A DNA stretch of 63,975 nucleotides, counting the filler, from Asterionella formosa (Eukaryota), in the NCBI GenBank assembly GCA_002256025.1. It is 24 parts of 24 records of this genome, joined end to end, with 100 filler letters (N's around TTAATTAATTAA, not from the genome) between each part and the next. Parts side by side here need not be neighbours in the genome. Positions count along the whole stretch, not along the records: positions 32,093 to 34,660 come from NKIB01015112.1; positions 34,761 to 37,328 come from NKIB01015113.1; positions 37,429 to 39,995 come from NKIB01015114.1; positions 40,096 to 42,662 come from NKIB01015115.1; positions 42,763 to 45,329 come from NKIB01015116.1; positions 45,430 to 47,994 come from NKIB01015117.1; 18 more parts are not named here. One strand, written 5' to 3'. Positions 34,553 through 47,583 of this stretch are shown one piece after another. The notes below the pieces were generated by a model. It was not told the DNA's origin. It saw nothing but the letters and a program-made list of their open reading frames with translations, and did not search any database. Position numbers and translations under genes: made by a program. Positions within the stretch are counted from its first letter, which is position 1; each line of letters begins with the position of its first letter.

Positions 34553-34660
34553 TGTTGGAGACATTTTTTCAGGAAAGAAAAATCCCGGTAGGAATTACCT
34601 TCTACATATTGAATCGAGTGAATCAAATCGGTGAAAACTCAGAATTCGAAAACAATCTAC
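34553..34660 (+). mobile_element. Copia LTR related to 23160..23277, truncated by the contig end
   Basis: TGTTGGAGA...AGGAAAGAAAA.TCCCGGTA...CTACATATTGAATCGA.TGAATCAA...AGAATTCGAAAACAATCTAC is shared with the reverse complement of the other LTR. Confidence 0.85.
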
Positions 34661-34760
34661 NNNNNNNNNNNNNNNNNNNNNNNNNNNNNNNNNNNNNNNN
34701 NNNNTTAATTAATTAANNNNNNNNNNNNNNNNNNNNNNNNNNNNNNNNNNNNNNNNNNNN

Positions 34761-35906
34761 GGGAGAGGATGGACTTTTGATGACATTGAGGAGAATACTG
34801 GTATCAGTCAAGAGACCCACAGGCAATTCTTCCACGCCTTTATTGAAGTTGGAAGTACCATCCTTTACAAAAAATATGTTAGAACTCCAACAAACCCATT
34901 GGAAGCAGAGCATCACATGTTTGAAATGACACAGGCAGGTTTCCCTGGATGTCTTGGGTCCACAGATGCTACACATGTGTCAATAGAGCGATGCTTCAAT
35001 CGGCTTCGGAACCAGCATATATCATCAAAACTTCCTTGTACAGCCAGGACTTATAATGCTACTGTGAATCATCGCCGGAGGATCCTGTCTACTACCACGG
35101 GGCATCCTTGTCGATGGAATGATAAAACATTAATCAACTTTGATACTTTTGCTCGAGGCATCCAGAATGGTGCAGATGCCTTAAAAGATGTGGAGTTTGA
35201 GCTTAAAGAAAAAGATCGGAATGGAGCAGTTGTATCCATAAAGTATAGTGGATGCTTTTTGATAGTTGACAATGGATATCTAAAATGGTCTACAACAGTG
35301 CCTCCAACCAAAAACCCAGAAACGGAACAAGAACTTAGATGGTCTGAATGGCTGGAGTCACTTAGAAAAGATGTGGAATGTACCTTTGGAATACTAAAGG
35401 GACGCTGGCGGATTTTAAAATCAGGCATCCGAATACATGGAGTAACAGAACCTGACAAAGTCTGGCTAACATGTTGTGCATTTCATAACATGTTACTTGA
35501 TATTGATGGCTTAGACCTGCAATGGCAAAATGGTGTTTTAAGTGACTGGGAAGGACCATTAGGCCAATTAAATGGTGCTGAAGCACCTTTTGCTATTCAA
35601 AGGCTAAATACAGTTGCAAGACCGGCAGTACTTGGATTAGCCAGTTTGCGAACAATTGATACCTCTGGAATGGGTCCTGGTAATGATGGTGATGGACAAA
35701 TTCCTGATGCAATTCGCAATTTAGTGCCAGATCCAAATGATAACTTCAATATTGAAGTGCTAACAAAGAATGTTGATACAGTTCGAGTGGTTCGGCATTT
35801 AAGTTTACAGTTCTTCAAGAGTAAACTCATTGAACATTTTGATATTTTATGGAAACAAAACAAGATTGTTTGGCCATCACGTCGTAATGTAAATGATCAT
35901 CCCTAA
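34761..35906 (+). mobile_element. PIF/Harbinger DDE transposase (5'-truncated)
   Basis: GFPGCLGSTDATH, VDNGY, RKDVECTFGILKGRWRIL, CCAFHNML; the frame is open from the contig start (GRGWTFDDIEE...). Confidence 0.9.
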
Positions 35907-36001
35907 ACCATACAATTATCTATTTAGAAACTAAAAGAAAATTAGTATGAGCATGAACTAAATTAGATTACTGGGCACCAACATCTGTGAATAAAATTTC
36001 C

Positions 36002-36331
36002 GCATTCCTATCATCCCCTTGTTTCAATACCCGGTCGGAACATGATGTGGCTACTGTGAAACTGTACCTATTGCTACGTTAATACTGTGAGACTGTAGGT
36101 TTGCCCTACCAGCATTCCCTTCTTCCTCTTGTTTCAATACCCGGTCGGAACATGATGTGGCTACTGTGAAACTGTAGCTATTGCTACGTTAGTACTGTGA
36201 GACTGTAGAATTGCCATACCAGCATTCCCTTCTTCCTCTTGTTTCAATACCCGGTCGGAACATGATGTGGCTACTGTGAAACTGTACCTATTACTACGCT
36301 GGTACTATGAAACTGTAGCTTTGCACTACCA
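36002..36331. repeat. 110-bp tandem repeat, 3 copies, downstream of the transposase
   Basis: CTTGTTTCAATACCCGGTCGGAACATGATG at 36018, 36128 and 36238. Confidence 0.95.
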
Positions 36332-37428
36332 ATCTAATGTATATTACTGAGTATGTCGGTGCTGAAACGCTTCTGATACAGCACTCGCCCACTGTTTAAT
36401 CCTTTGTTGACAGACCATTATCCCTTTCTGCTTCCTTGTTTCTCTTGACATTCGCACGCTATCGATAGTGCAATATATCATTTCTTGTTATCTGGGCGGA
36501 ATGGCAAATGTTCCGAGTGCTACAAGGAATGGAACGATAATGGTTGTGAAGGGGGTACCAATTGCAGATTGTTCAATCAGGAAAAACGTGTTTCTATGGC
36601 GCATTTCATGTCTGTTCAAGAGACAACGGAAAAGTAAGGAACGACTCTTACTGGTTAGATACTTTGATCATGATGACAAAGGCAAGGAGACGAGGCTAGA
36701 TGAATGTATGGGATAACTGTGCAGATGAGAAACATGCAATACATTTGTCCATACCATTCAAATTCATCTTTCTCATGCGTGGAGATATAGTCCATGGAGG
36801 AGCTTTGGATAATAGTTAAAAAAATGGTGCTCTACGGATTCATTTCTATTTATCGCCAGCTATAAAACAAAGAAATGGACACACTGTTGCCGAACTGAAA
36901 CGACAAGATAACAACATACACACTGATGGATCAATATGCGGTTGTAACCAGAAATTTTCGTCATTCTTATTGCAACATGACGGAACAGGGTGGTCTAATT
37001 TATAATCTAATTTCACAATTTATGTAATTGAATTTTTTATAATGTTGGATTCCATATGTATTTATTTAGTGGGGTAGTCGACAATTAAGCAAAATTGTTA
37101 GAAGGCCTAACGCATTTTTCATTCATAGACGAAGTCATCCAAATTGCCAATTGGATCTCGCCTTGCAACAGGCGAGATAATGTCACCTAGTTGCTGATTT
37201 CTAGTAGTCATACTTAATATACCCAAGTCATTCACAGGTGAGAAAGGGCTTGAGCTGGGAATATCATCTGACAATGGACTTGATGATGACATGAATCTAC
37301 TCTTCTTTGAGTAATACTCATCCACAATNNNNNNNNNNNNNNNNNNNNNNNNNNNNNNNNNNNNNNNNNNNNTTAATTAATTAANNNNNNNNNNNNNNNN
37401 NNNNNNNNNNNNNNNNNNNNNNNNNNNN

Positions 37429-38574
37429 GGGAGAGGATGGACTTTTGATGACATTGAGGAGAATACTGGTATCAGTCAAGAGACCCACAGGCAATTCTTC
37501 CACGCCTTTATTGAAGTTGGAAGTACCATCCTTTACAAAAAATATGTTAGAACTCCAACAAACCCATTGGAAGCAGAGCATCACATGTTTGAAATGACAC
37601 AGGCAGGTTTCCCTGGATGTCTTGGGTCCACAGATGCTACACATGTGTCAATAGAGCGATGCTTCAATCGGCTTCGGAACCAGCATATATCATCAAAACT
37701 TCCTTGTACAGCCAGGACTTATAATGCTACTGTGAATCATCGCCGGAGGATCCTGTCTACTACCACGGGGCATCCTTGTCGATGGAATGATAAAACATTA
37801 ATCAACTTTGATACTTTTGCTCGAGGCATCCAGAATGGTGCAGATGCCTTAAAAGATGTGGAGTTTGAGCTTAAAGAAAAAGATCGGAATGGAGCAGTTG
37901 TATCCATAAAGTATAGTGGATGCTTTTTGATAGTTGACAATGGATATCTAAAATGGTCTACAACAGTGCCTCCAACCAAAAACCCAGAAACGGAACAAGA
38001 ACTTAGATGGTCTGAATGGCTGGAGTCACTTAGAAAAGATGTGGAATGTACCTTTGGAATACTAAAGGGACGCTGGCGGATTTTAAAATCAGGCATCCGA
38101 ATACATGGAGTAACAGAACCTGACAAAGTCTGGCTAACATGTTGTGCATTTCATAACATGTTACTTGATATTGATGGCTTAGACCTGCAATGGCAAAATG
38201 GTGTTTTAAGTGACTGGGAAGGACCATTAGGCCAATTAAATGGTGCTGAAGCACCTTTTGCTATTCAAAGGCTAAATACAGTTGCAAGACCGGCAGTACT
38301 TGGATTAGCCAGTTTGCGAACAATTGATACCTCTGGAATGGGTCCTGGTAATGATGGTGATGGACAAATTCCTGATGCAATTCGCAATTTAGTGCCAGAT
38401 CCAAATGATAACTTCAATATTGAAGTGCTAACAAAGAATGTTGATACAGTTCGAGTGGTTCGGCATTTAAGTTTACAGTTCTTCAAGAGTAAACTCATTG
38501 AACATTTTGATATTTTATGGAAACAAAACAAGATTGTTTGGCCATCACGTCGTAATGTAAATGATCATCCCTAA
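37429..38574 (+). mobile_element. PIF/Harbinger transposase (copy 2; contig 37429..39995 duplicates 34761..37328)
   Basis: Identical translation; the few differences seen between the contigs lie in the last 350 nt. Confidence 0.9.
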
Positions 38575-38669
38575 ACCATACAATTATCTATTTAGAAACT
38601 AAAAGAAAATTAGTATGAGCATGAACTAAATTAGATTACTGGGCACCAACATCTGTGAATAAAATTTCC

Positions 38670-38999
38670 GCATTCCTATCATCCCCTTGTTTCAATACCC
38701 GGTCGGAACATGATGTGGCTACTGTGAAACTGTACCTATTGCTACGTTAATACTGTGAGACTGTAGGTTTGCCCTACCAGCATTCCCTTCTTCCTCTTGT
38801 TTCAATACCCGGTCGGAACATGATGTGGCTACTGTGAAACTGTAGCTATTGCTACGTTAGTACTGTGAGACTGTAGAATTGCCATACCAGCATTCCCTTC
38901 TTCCTCTTGTTTCAATACCCGGTCGGAACATGATGTGGCTACTGTGAAACTGTACCTATTACTACGCTGGTACTATGAAACTGTAGCTTTGCACTACCA
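38670..38999. repeat. 110-bp tandem repeat, 3 copies (copy 2)
   Basis: Same as 36002..36331. Confidence 0.95.
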
Positions 39000-41892
39000 A
39001 TCTAATGTATATTACTGAGTATGTCGGTGCTGAAACGCTTCTGATACAGCACTCGCCCACTGTTTAATCCTTTGTTGACAGACCATTATCCCTTTCTGCT
39101 TCCTTGTTTCTCTTGACATTCGCACGCTATCGATAGTGCAATATATCATTTCTTGTTATCTGGGCGGAATGGCAAATGTTCCGAGTGCTACAAGGAATGG
39201 AACGATAATGGTTGTGAAGGGGGTACCAATTGCAGATTGTTCAATCAGGAAAAACGTGTTTCTATGGCGCATTTCATGTCTGTTCAAGAGACAACGGAAA
39301 AGTAAGGAACGACTCTTACTGGTTAGATACTTTGATCATGATGACAAAGGCAAGGAGACGAGGCTAGATGAATGTATGGGATAACTGTGCAGATGAGAAA
39401 CATGCAATACATTTGTCCATACCATTCAAATTCATCTTTCTCATGCGTGGAGATATAGTCCATGGAGGAGCTTTGGATAATAGTTAAAAAAATGGTGCTC
39501 TACGGATTCATTTCTATTTATCGCCAGCTATAAAACAAAGAAATGGACACACTGTTGCCGAACTGAAACGACAAGATAACAACATACACACTGATGGATC
39601 AATATGCGGTTGTAACCAGAAATTTTCGTCATTCTTATTGCAACATGACGAAACAGGGTGGTCTAATTTATAATCTAATTTCACAATTTATGTAATTGAA
39701 TTTTTTATAATGTTGGATTCCATATGTATTTATTTAGTGGGTAGTCGACAATTAAGCAAAAGTGTTAGAAGGCCTAACGCATTTTTCATTCATAGACGAA
39801 GTCATCCAAATTGCCAATTGGATCTCGCCTTGCAACAGGCGAGATAATGTCACCTAGTTGCTGATTTTTAGTAGTCATACTTAATATACCCAAGTCATTC
39901 ACAGGTGAGAAAGGGCTTGAGCTGGGAATATCATCTGACAATGGACTTGATGATGACATGAATCTACTCTTCTTTGAGTAATACTCATCCACAATNNNNN
40001 NNNNNNNNNNNNNNNNNNNNNNNNNNNNNNNNNNNNNNNTTAATTAATTAANNNNNNNNNNNNNNNNNNNNNNNNNNNNNNNNNNNNNNNNNNNNAAAAC
40101 GATCACCGCCATGATGATGATCATCAGAGGACTTGTGAGGTGTTTCTTGTGTTGTCATCGCACCATCATCATCCTCATCCTCATCACCATATATATATAA
40201 TAAATCTTTTGCATTTATTCATGCATGACTATATTTATTTATATCTGTATTTGGAGGTTTTTGTTCTCATAAACTCATCAGGTATGGATGTGAGAAAATT
40301 TCTTCCATCCTACCGGTAGTCTGTCTCTATGGATTTTTATATGCCGGTATAAATAACAACATACTCCTATCATATTAGGTATAGCTATAGTACTACATGC
40401 AGGTAGTATATGTATTTATCTAGCTAAACAAGGCCGTAGTTGTGGATCCCCATCACCGCTGCAATCTTTCAACATTTGGGTGAGGAGAATGTGAGTAACA
40501 CTCCTCTTATCCTTACCATCTGTCTCATAGATTTAGTCCAGGGCTACATGTGCCATGTACCCACTCAAACTAGCATCCCAGAAAAGCTTGCGCTGATAGT
40601 AGATTCATATTTCCCCATCCTCCCTGCCCTGCTGCTTGTAAATAGTAGCCTTTCTGGTTTTTTTGTTCTGCAATTCCAACTTCCTATTCTTACCAAGGAA
40701 CAAGTTTAGTTTGGTGTCTTGGAAGGTTACTTTTGTTATCAGGATCCACATCCATGTTTGTTTGTTCGTCCTCAATACCTGCTTGATTGTTGGTGTTGTT
40801 GGTTCCTAGAGCAAGCTGTTCTAGATTGACCTATGATGGTACATTGCTTCGCTGGGTAGCCTAGCTTTTCATAAGACATTTAAATAGCTACAATTTACAT
40901 AGCAAATGTTGACTATTCCATGAGCTTTACTAAAGTAGAATCTTCGCTAGCTCAAGAATGGATCTGACATAAAGGGATAGTGCTGCTATGTAAACTAACC
41001 CAGATATATGATTCATCAGTTATAGATATGTGTGCAAACACAAGGCATAACAACTTCAGAACACTTCATTAGTCTCAAAGTCAGCATAAAACCTGCCTGA
41101 CATAAAGAAATTAATGGGTTATATCAACTATCATGAATATAGGATCAAGGGTATTGTACGCTAAGTGGCACAGGATTTTTACATATATGATAGTTTTTGG
41201 ATCAAAAATATGATCAATGTATCATATAATTATGATTATGGAGTGAACTTTTACCGAGCTTGAAGTATGATGATACTATCATAGTTATAATACGATTGCA
41301 TCATATAATTAGCTAGTTAAACATGGTCATATGATGTGTATACTTTTGTCATACATCTATCTTAGCATGATCATAATTCTCATCGATATCACTGTCTAAA
41401 ATAGGATGAAATTGATCGAAATTTAGAACTATATTTAGCTAAGAATGGCATGCTCTCATCGCGATGATTGGTGCTTCAGCTGCTTTCACTTCCACCCTTC
41501 ACCCAATCCAATTCTGAAGGTTGTTGTTGTAGTACTGGTTGCCTTGCCATTGTTCCCCTGCTTTGTTCCATTTACTCCTGACGGATCTGAGTTTGCAGTC
41601 ACGCATTTTCTTATAACTATTTAATCCGTTTCGTTGTTCCAATCAGCCATACTAACAAAGAGAAGCAATTCATTGTTAGCTGTTCATGTTTTGCTTACAC
41701 AACAACATGCATTTCGCTTCTATCTGCTTTCACTTACCACAAATTGAGGAAGTGACTGATGCATATTTCTGTAGAAGAATGTGTCAGTCGTCGAAGATTG
41801 AACGAGAAGCAAAGTATCGATCAATAAATGGGCTCCAAACACTGCTGTTTGTAACTTACAAATACTGTTTGTCTACCAATATCCTGAAAGAA

Positions 41893-42662
41893 GCAATATG
41901 GGGCACATCGAATTTTTCGGCAATACAATTGCCGATTTTAGCATGACAACCAAAATAACGGTATTATGCATGGAGATGGTACAACAAGTGTAAAACACAT
42001 GAGAATGATTGTAACATGCAACATCAACGAAAATTGAACATGATGTTTGGAGCAACCAAAGTATGAAATGCGGTGTAATAAGTAGCATCAAATGAGAAAT
42101 AGAAAAGATTGTTTTGGGTTAGAAATGAAATAAAAAATAAGAGTTCCAATGGAGACGTATGCATTGTGAATCATTGTAGTAGTACTTACACACCAGGCAA
42201 CATTGATTTTCCATCACCACACAATCGAAGACCGAAATAAGAAGGGAAAAGCTGAACCCAATCTTGACCTACATCGTTATGTAGCGTAAATGGTCTGGTT
42301 TCTGCAACCATGCGCATCGCTGTAGTAGCCTGACACCAGTAGCAGTATTTCCGCCACAGTCATTCCTCTCCGCTGCCCACCAAACAAGCAACCCTGATCA
42401 TTCCATTCTGAGCAAGCGTGATCGCCACGCTGCTCCAGAACTATTGACTCTCTCTAGCTGAGTATTCATGTAGCTTCTGATACGAGCTCGTAGTAGAATT
42501 GTAGCAAAGCGCGTTAGTACAAGAAATGCATTGCGTGGCGGCAATATTGACATCATTGTCAACGACTATACAAATCAACAAATATGATCAACAACGGCAC
42601 AATACCACATCTTCAATGAGTAGTCATTGATAAATGCATTGGTTCTCATGTAGATATGTACA
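41893..42662 (-). mobile_element. Third, inverted copy of the dispersed TIR element body, lacking the terminal repeat
   Basis: Reverse complement of about 25140..25910. Confidence 0.85.
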
Positions 42663-43012
42663 NNNNNNNNNNNNNNNNNNNNNNNNNNNNNNNNNNNNNN
42701 NNNNNNTTAATTAATTAANNNNNNNNNNNNNNNNNNNNNNNNNNNNNNNNNNNNNNNNNNNNTTTTAAACCTATAAGCTTATTGCAATGCATACCTACAG
42801 CAACCTACAGTTTTGCATTTTGCAGATTTTGATTAACTTTTCAGAAATGAAATATCCGATGAATTGATATGGGTCAAGGGATTGAAAACCCAGACTGAAT
42901 CCAGTCTATTAGACTGAAATCAGCCTAGCCGGAAAAATCCGATACCGGTACACATGCAACAATTTTTTTTAAAATTCGAAGCACGCCATAATCGTCTCAC
43001 CAACTCTCTTGA

Positions 43013-45064
43013 ATGAGTAGAGTAGCTAGGATACAGCTGAGGCGGGGACGCTTCAGAATTTTGAGAAAGTGGCAGCCGCTTTCTTGTTTCTCGCTTGTCA
43101 TTTTGCTCAGTCAGCTTTTCCTAATCAAATTAGAATTTTCCTTCCGAAACGAAAGTAAAACCAACTTTTTTGAAGGACTAAGTCGTTTTAAACTTCATAG
43201 TAATGGCGTTACCACGCCTGACTCCTCCGTGCTGGTAGTCGTTCCCGGTATCGGTGACATGAGCAGACTCACGAACCTGAAATCTTCACTCCTACAGCTT
43301 CGGAAAACTTCTTCTGCTGATTGTTTGGTTATTGTGTGGAATGCTTCGGCGATGGAGCAAATTAAAGAAGAACTCCAATTTTGCCATGTCCAGTACAATT
43401 CTGGAATGTGGACTGATCATATGAAATTAGTAACCAGTGATCACCCCAAAATAAACTTTGGTCTTTTGACACACGTTGCCGTTTTAATTGATGATATTGA
43501 TGTCAGTAAAGTTCACTTCACCCAATTTTTGAATCTGATGAGAATTTCCGGATATGGTATGGCCTCCGCTTCCTTTAATCAGTGGCACTATCCTGTAATG
43601 CATAGTAGAAGCGTCTGCAGTAGTCATCGATCTGATTTTTCCGACATTTTGTTTTCCGTTTTCACAATTCCCACTTGGATTTGTTGGCTGAGCTTGATAA
43701 CTGAAGACAACAGAATAGGGTGGGGTTACGATCTTGTTCTTGCAGGAAAGTGCAATGTAACTGTTGGTGTCATCGACAAGTTTGAAGCATTTCATGATGG
43801 GCAGTGTGAAAATGGTGGTGATTGCACTCGGTCTTATAATGAAACCCTAGCGTTATCACAGCTCTGGAAGTTTATTATCGACTCGACCACAGCCACTAAT
43901 GAAGACGAAGCACATACTTTTCTTGCTGAAATCACAGCTAACCGTCCCAAGAACTATATGCTCTGTGACTTTTGGAATCCGAATTTTGTCACGACGCTAA
44001 AGGAAAGTAAAGCCATGAAATTTCATTTGGCAGATGACAGTTATTTTCAAACGGTGAGCCATCGAAGTGGATGGGGACGCGTGATACAGTATTTGATTGA
44101 TTCCAATCTTATGGTTACAAATTCTGAAAATATCGATATTGATCGAAAAGGCGGTAACCTGACCGACATATTTTTTCTGGATTTCGTAGAGAAATATTTT
44201 GAATCGGACAAGAAAGAAACAGTGAGAATGCCATGGGTTGGTATCATGCATCACGCTATGAATCTTCCCGTACACATTCATCAAACATTACGCCTCGAGA
44301 ATACATTAAGGAACAGTAATTTTCTGGCAAGTCTTGAGCACTGCCTCGCTTTGTTTGTTCTGTCTGATGATGTCCGATCATTCTTGACAAAAAATCTGAA
44401 TTCTATTGGGTTTGGGAAAGTTGCGGTTTACACAGTTCGACATCCAGTGACAGTGGAAAGTAGTGCTGAAAAATTCACATTGCAAGATCTTGACATTTTG
44501 ATTGAGTCATCAAGTGCAGGAGTTATCTTGCTTGGACAACAGTATAGGCGATTAGCCACAATTCACAGTTTAAAGACCACACGAAAGAAGTTTTGGCTAC
44601 CAGGGGCACCAAAAGGCAGTGCTGAGGTACAGAAGATGGAAAAGAGATTACCTATTGAGTTGGCAATAGATAATTCAACAACAATTGACCCCTCTGTGAT
44701 GATGCTTTACACTTCGAACTTTACAGATTATGACAATTTGATAAAGCACAACATTGTCATTATAGACCTTTGGGGGGCCACAGCCAATAATGCAATTCTG
44801 GAAATAATGGCTTTAACTATTCCTGCATACGTGAGAAGAATCCCATCAACAATTGAGTATCTTGGTGAAGACTATCCCATGTTCTTTGACAATAAAGCAG
44901 ATATTGAGCATGGACTTAATCAAGACCCAGTTCTTTTGATGAATCGATTAAAAAGAGCACACTACTACCTCCAAAATATAAAAATGGAAAATATGACACT
45001 CGAATATTTTTTGCGTTCTCTTCAAGAGAATACCCTTTCATCTTTTAAAGTTTCTGGTGTTTGA
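43013..45064 (+). CDS. 683-aa type II membrane protein with two putative glycosyltransferase-like domains
   Basis: N-terminal TM; GT-A-like part with LIDDID and GWGYD; second domain with HRSGW, PWVGIMHH, NIVIIDLWGATANNAILE and EYLGEDYPMFF; complete and intronless. Confidence 0.75.
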   Translation: MSRVARIQLRRGRFRILRKWQPLSCFSLVILLSQLFLIKLEFSFRNESKTNFFEGLSRFKLHSNGVTTPDSSVLVVVPGIGDMSRLTNLKSSLLQLRKTSSADCLVIVWNASAMEQIKEELQFCHVQYNSGMWTDHMKLVTSDHPKINFGLLTHVAVLIDDIDVSKVHFTQFLNLMRISGYGMASASFNQWHYPVMHSRSVCSSHRSDFSDILFSVFTIPTWICWLSLITEDNRIGWGYDLVLAGKCNVTVGVIDKFEAFHDGQCENGGDCTRSYNETLALSQLWKFIIDSTTATNEDEAHTFLAEITANRPKNYMLCDFWNPNFVTTLKESKAMKFHLADDSYFQTVSHRSGWGRVIQYLIDSNLMVTNSENIDIDRKGGNLTDIFFLDFVEKYFESDKKETVRMPWVGIMHHAMNLPVHIHQTLRLENTLRNSNFLASLEHCLALFVLSDDVRSFLTKNLNSIGFGKVAVYTVRHPVTVESSAEKFTLQDLDILIESSSAGVILLGQQYRRLATIHSLKTTRKKFWLPGAPKGSAEVQKMEKRLPIELAIDNSTTIDPSVMMLYTSNFTDYDNLIKHNIVIIDLWGATANNAILEIMALTIPAYVRRIPSTIEYLGEDYPMFFDNKADIEHGLNQDPVLLMNRLKRAHYYLQNIKMENMTLEYFLRSLQENTLSSFKVSGV

Positions 45065-45087
45065 ATCTCAAAATAAATTTTTTCTCT

Positions 45088-45290
45088 TGCATACGTGAGA
45101 AGACAGCCATCAACAATTGAGTATCTTGGTGAAGTCTATCATCCCATGTTCTTTTACAGTAAAGCGGATACAGAACATGAAATTAATCATGGCCCAGATT
45201 TTCTGATGAATCAATTAACAACAGCAAAAATGGAAAATTTGACACTTGAATGCTTTTTGTGTTCTCTTAAAGATGATACTCTCTTTGTTA
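45088..45290 (+). pseudogene. Decayed tandem duplicate of the 3' end of the preceding gene
   Basis: TGCATACGTGAGAAGA...ACAATTGAGTATCTTGGTGAAG repeats 44824 onward, with indels. Confidence 0.85.
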
Positions 45291-47165
45291 TATAATTATT
45301 ACAAGTCATCAGGCATTTTTCTGTGACAANNNNNNNNNNNNNNNNNNNNNNNNNNNNNNNNNNNNNNNNNNNNTTAATTAATTAANNNNNNNNNNNNNNN
45401 NNNNNNNNNNNNNNNNNNNNNNNNNNNNNTGGATCAATGGCAGAGCATCCAATATTTTCATCATTTCCAATTCATTTGAAGTCGACTGTCTTCCAGTTAT
45501 TTGATTTCATATTTCCTTCGTAGCTCTGGAATTATTCAATTTTGCTCATCATTGATCAAAAAGTTGAGGGCAAGCCTGTAGCCACTCAGATGGATTGGAA
45601 AGATGGTGGAGGGGAAAGTGTGCGCAGATCATGAATGACAGAAAAAGATGAGATTGACAGTGGTTTTATACCACCACTACAAATTTTAGCATTCTGTTGA
45701 CGATCATAATACAACGAGGCATTCCCCAATTAGTTTGGAGGTGGAATGGGCGACAAAATGGTGGCCAAATAGAGTATTTGCATTCCTCCTTTCAGTCACA
45801 GAAGTAAATGACATGCTGGCATATTAACACTTCTTCATATAAATACAAAGGAATTTCGTGAAATGACCGGAATTTTTTTCCAAAACAAGGTATGAATAGT
45901 TTCTTCTAAATAGGGCTTAATTTCCAATACAAGAAGTGCCTTGTATTGGCTTTACTACTTCGCATCCGCCTTGAATTGATTAACCAATCAGAACATCTGT
46001 TCCAATTTAAGGTATACCTTGTTTTGAACATGCCCATATAGTACCTTGATTTGGACCCAATACAAGGATGCCCTTGAATGGGACCCAATAACTCATTTGC
46101 AAACCCATGTCAGTATGAGGATAATCATTTTGAGGTTAAAAGCAAACTAATATTTATAATCCTGTATATTCTTTTACTAATTTTAATGTTAATTTTGCTA
46201 TTTTAATGAGAAACGAATACATTATTAAGTCCTGTAGTAACAGAGAATTACTGAAAATTATTGAATCATCTGTTGGAATCGAGTCCAAGCATTGCCATCA
46301 TCGCAATTCAAGAATCCTTTACCAGTTAATTCGAATTGGAGAGCTCTGAACGATGTTGACAGTGAACCGCCTAAATGAAGCACAGAAGCAAGAGCACGTT
46401 TGAGAAATTTCATGAACAAATATAACAACAAAACCTTCACCAATTTGGACTACTTACATCATTTGGCATGAAACAACCGGAGCTGACGTTTTCTTTTCAA
46501 TCTCACGGCAATTTCACTGGTCCTTCAATTGCATCGAAAGGAGCATTGAGACAGAGATGGTGTCGCCGAAGAAGCACTCCTGAACTGAACAGAATCATGA
46601 TAATAGGTGAGAAATAAATCAAAGGCAATTTTTTGTTATGTCCAAGAAAGCCGCAGGACCTACAGGCTATGGCGTTAACCAATTTCAAATCCTTAAACAT
46701 GGCATCTTACCTATTCCCTGTTCAACTGGTGCAGATAAGTAAAGCAGTGAGAAAATGGTTTCCGCACATCATTGTAAAGGATAAGAAATAATTCGGAGGT
46801 TTTGTTTTAGCGATGTCAATAAATAGTGTAGACTCAGTGATGATTTCCCAGTAGTATTTGCTATGCTAATATACGCAGTGAGTACAGAATAATTTGAGAG
46901 ACAAGATATCATATGCCAGCCAGACACATCAAAAAAATTTGAAATTAAAATTACTGTATGATCATATGAAAAAATGACGGTTTTATATGATCAATAGGCA
47001 TAACAGACACATAGTGTAGATTTGAAAGTTTTGAAAGTACATGTTACTGTATTGGGAACATTGCGACGCCCAATACAAAGTATACCTGGCTATGGTGGGT
47101 TGAAAACATACCAACAATTGTCAATACAGGGTACTTTCGTTTCCTGTGTATGTATACCGTCAAAA

Positions 47166-47363
47166 TCTATACTGTCAACAACTATATTGTCAACAATTAT
47201 ACTGTGTCAACAACTATACTTTGTCAGCAACTATGCATACTGTGTCAACAACTATACTGTGTCAACAACAACTATACTGTGTCAACCACAACTATATTGT
47301 GTCAACAACAACTATACTGTGTCAACAACAACTATACTGTGTCAACAACAACTATACTGTGTC

Positions 47364-47434
<71 letters not shown>
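47166..47434. repeat. 15-20 bp minisatellite (CAA)nCTATACTGTGT ending in a pure (CAA)24 tract
   Basis: Directly visible; CAA run at 47363..47434. Confidence 0.97.
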
Positions 47435-47583
47435 GTGAAAAGATTAATTAATACATGCAATGGTATTAAAATTATAAACTTTAACGAATCTGTATTATTT
47501 GAACTTTCCTTCCTTCCTACCTACTCTTCAATCATATGGATTTTCACTTAATTGACTTTATTCTATCCAACATTGATATGCTA

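Noticed and set aside
47022..47551. Poly-N, poly-T and poly-Q proteins in three frames
   Set aside because: The frames are open only because the satellite lacks stop codons.
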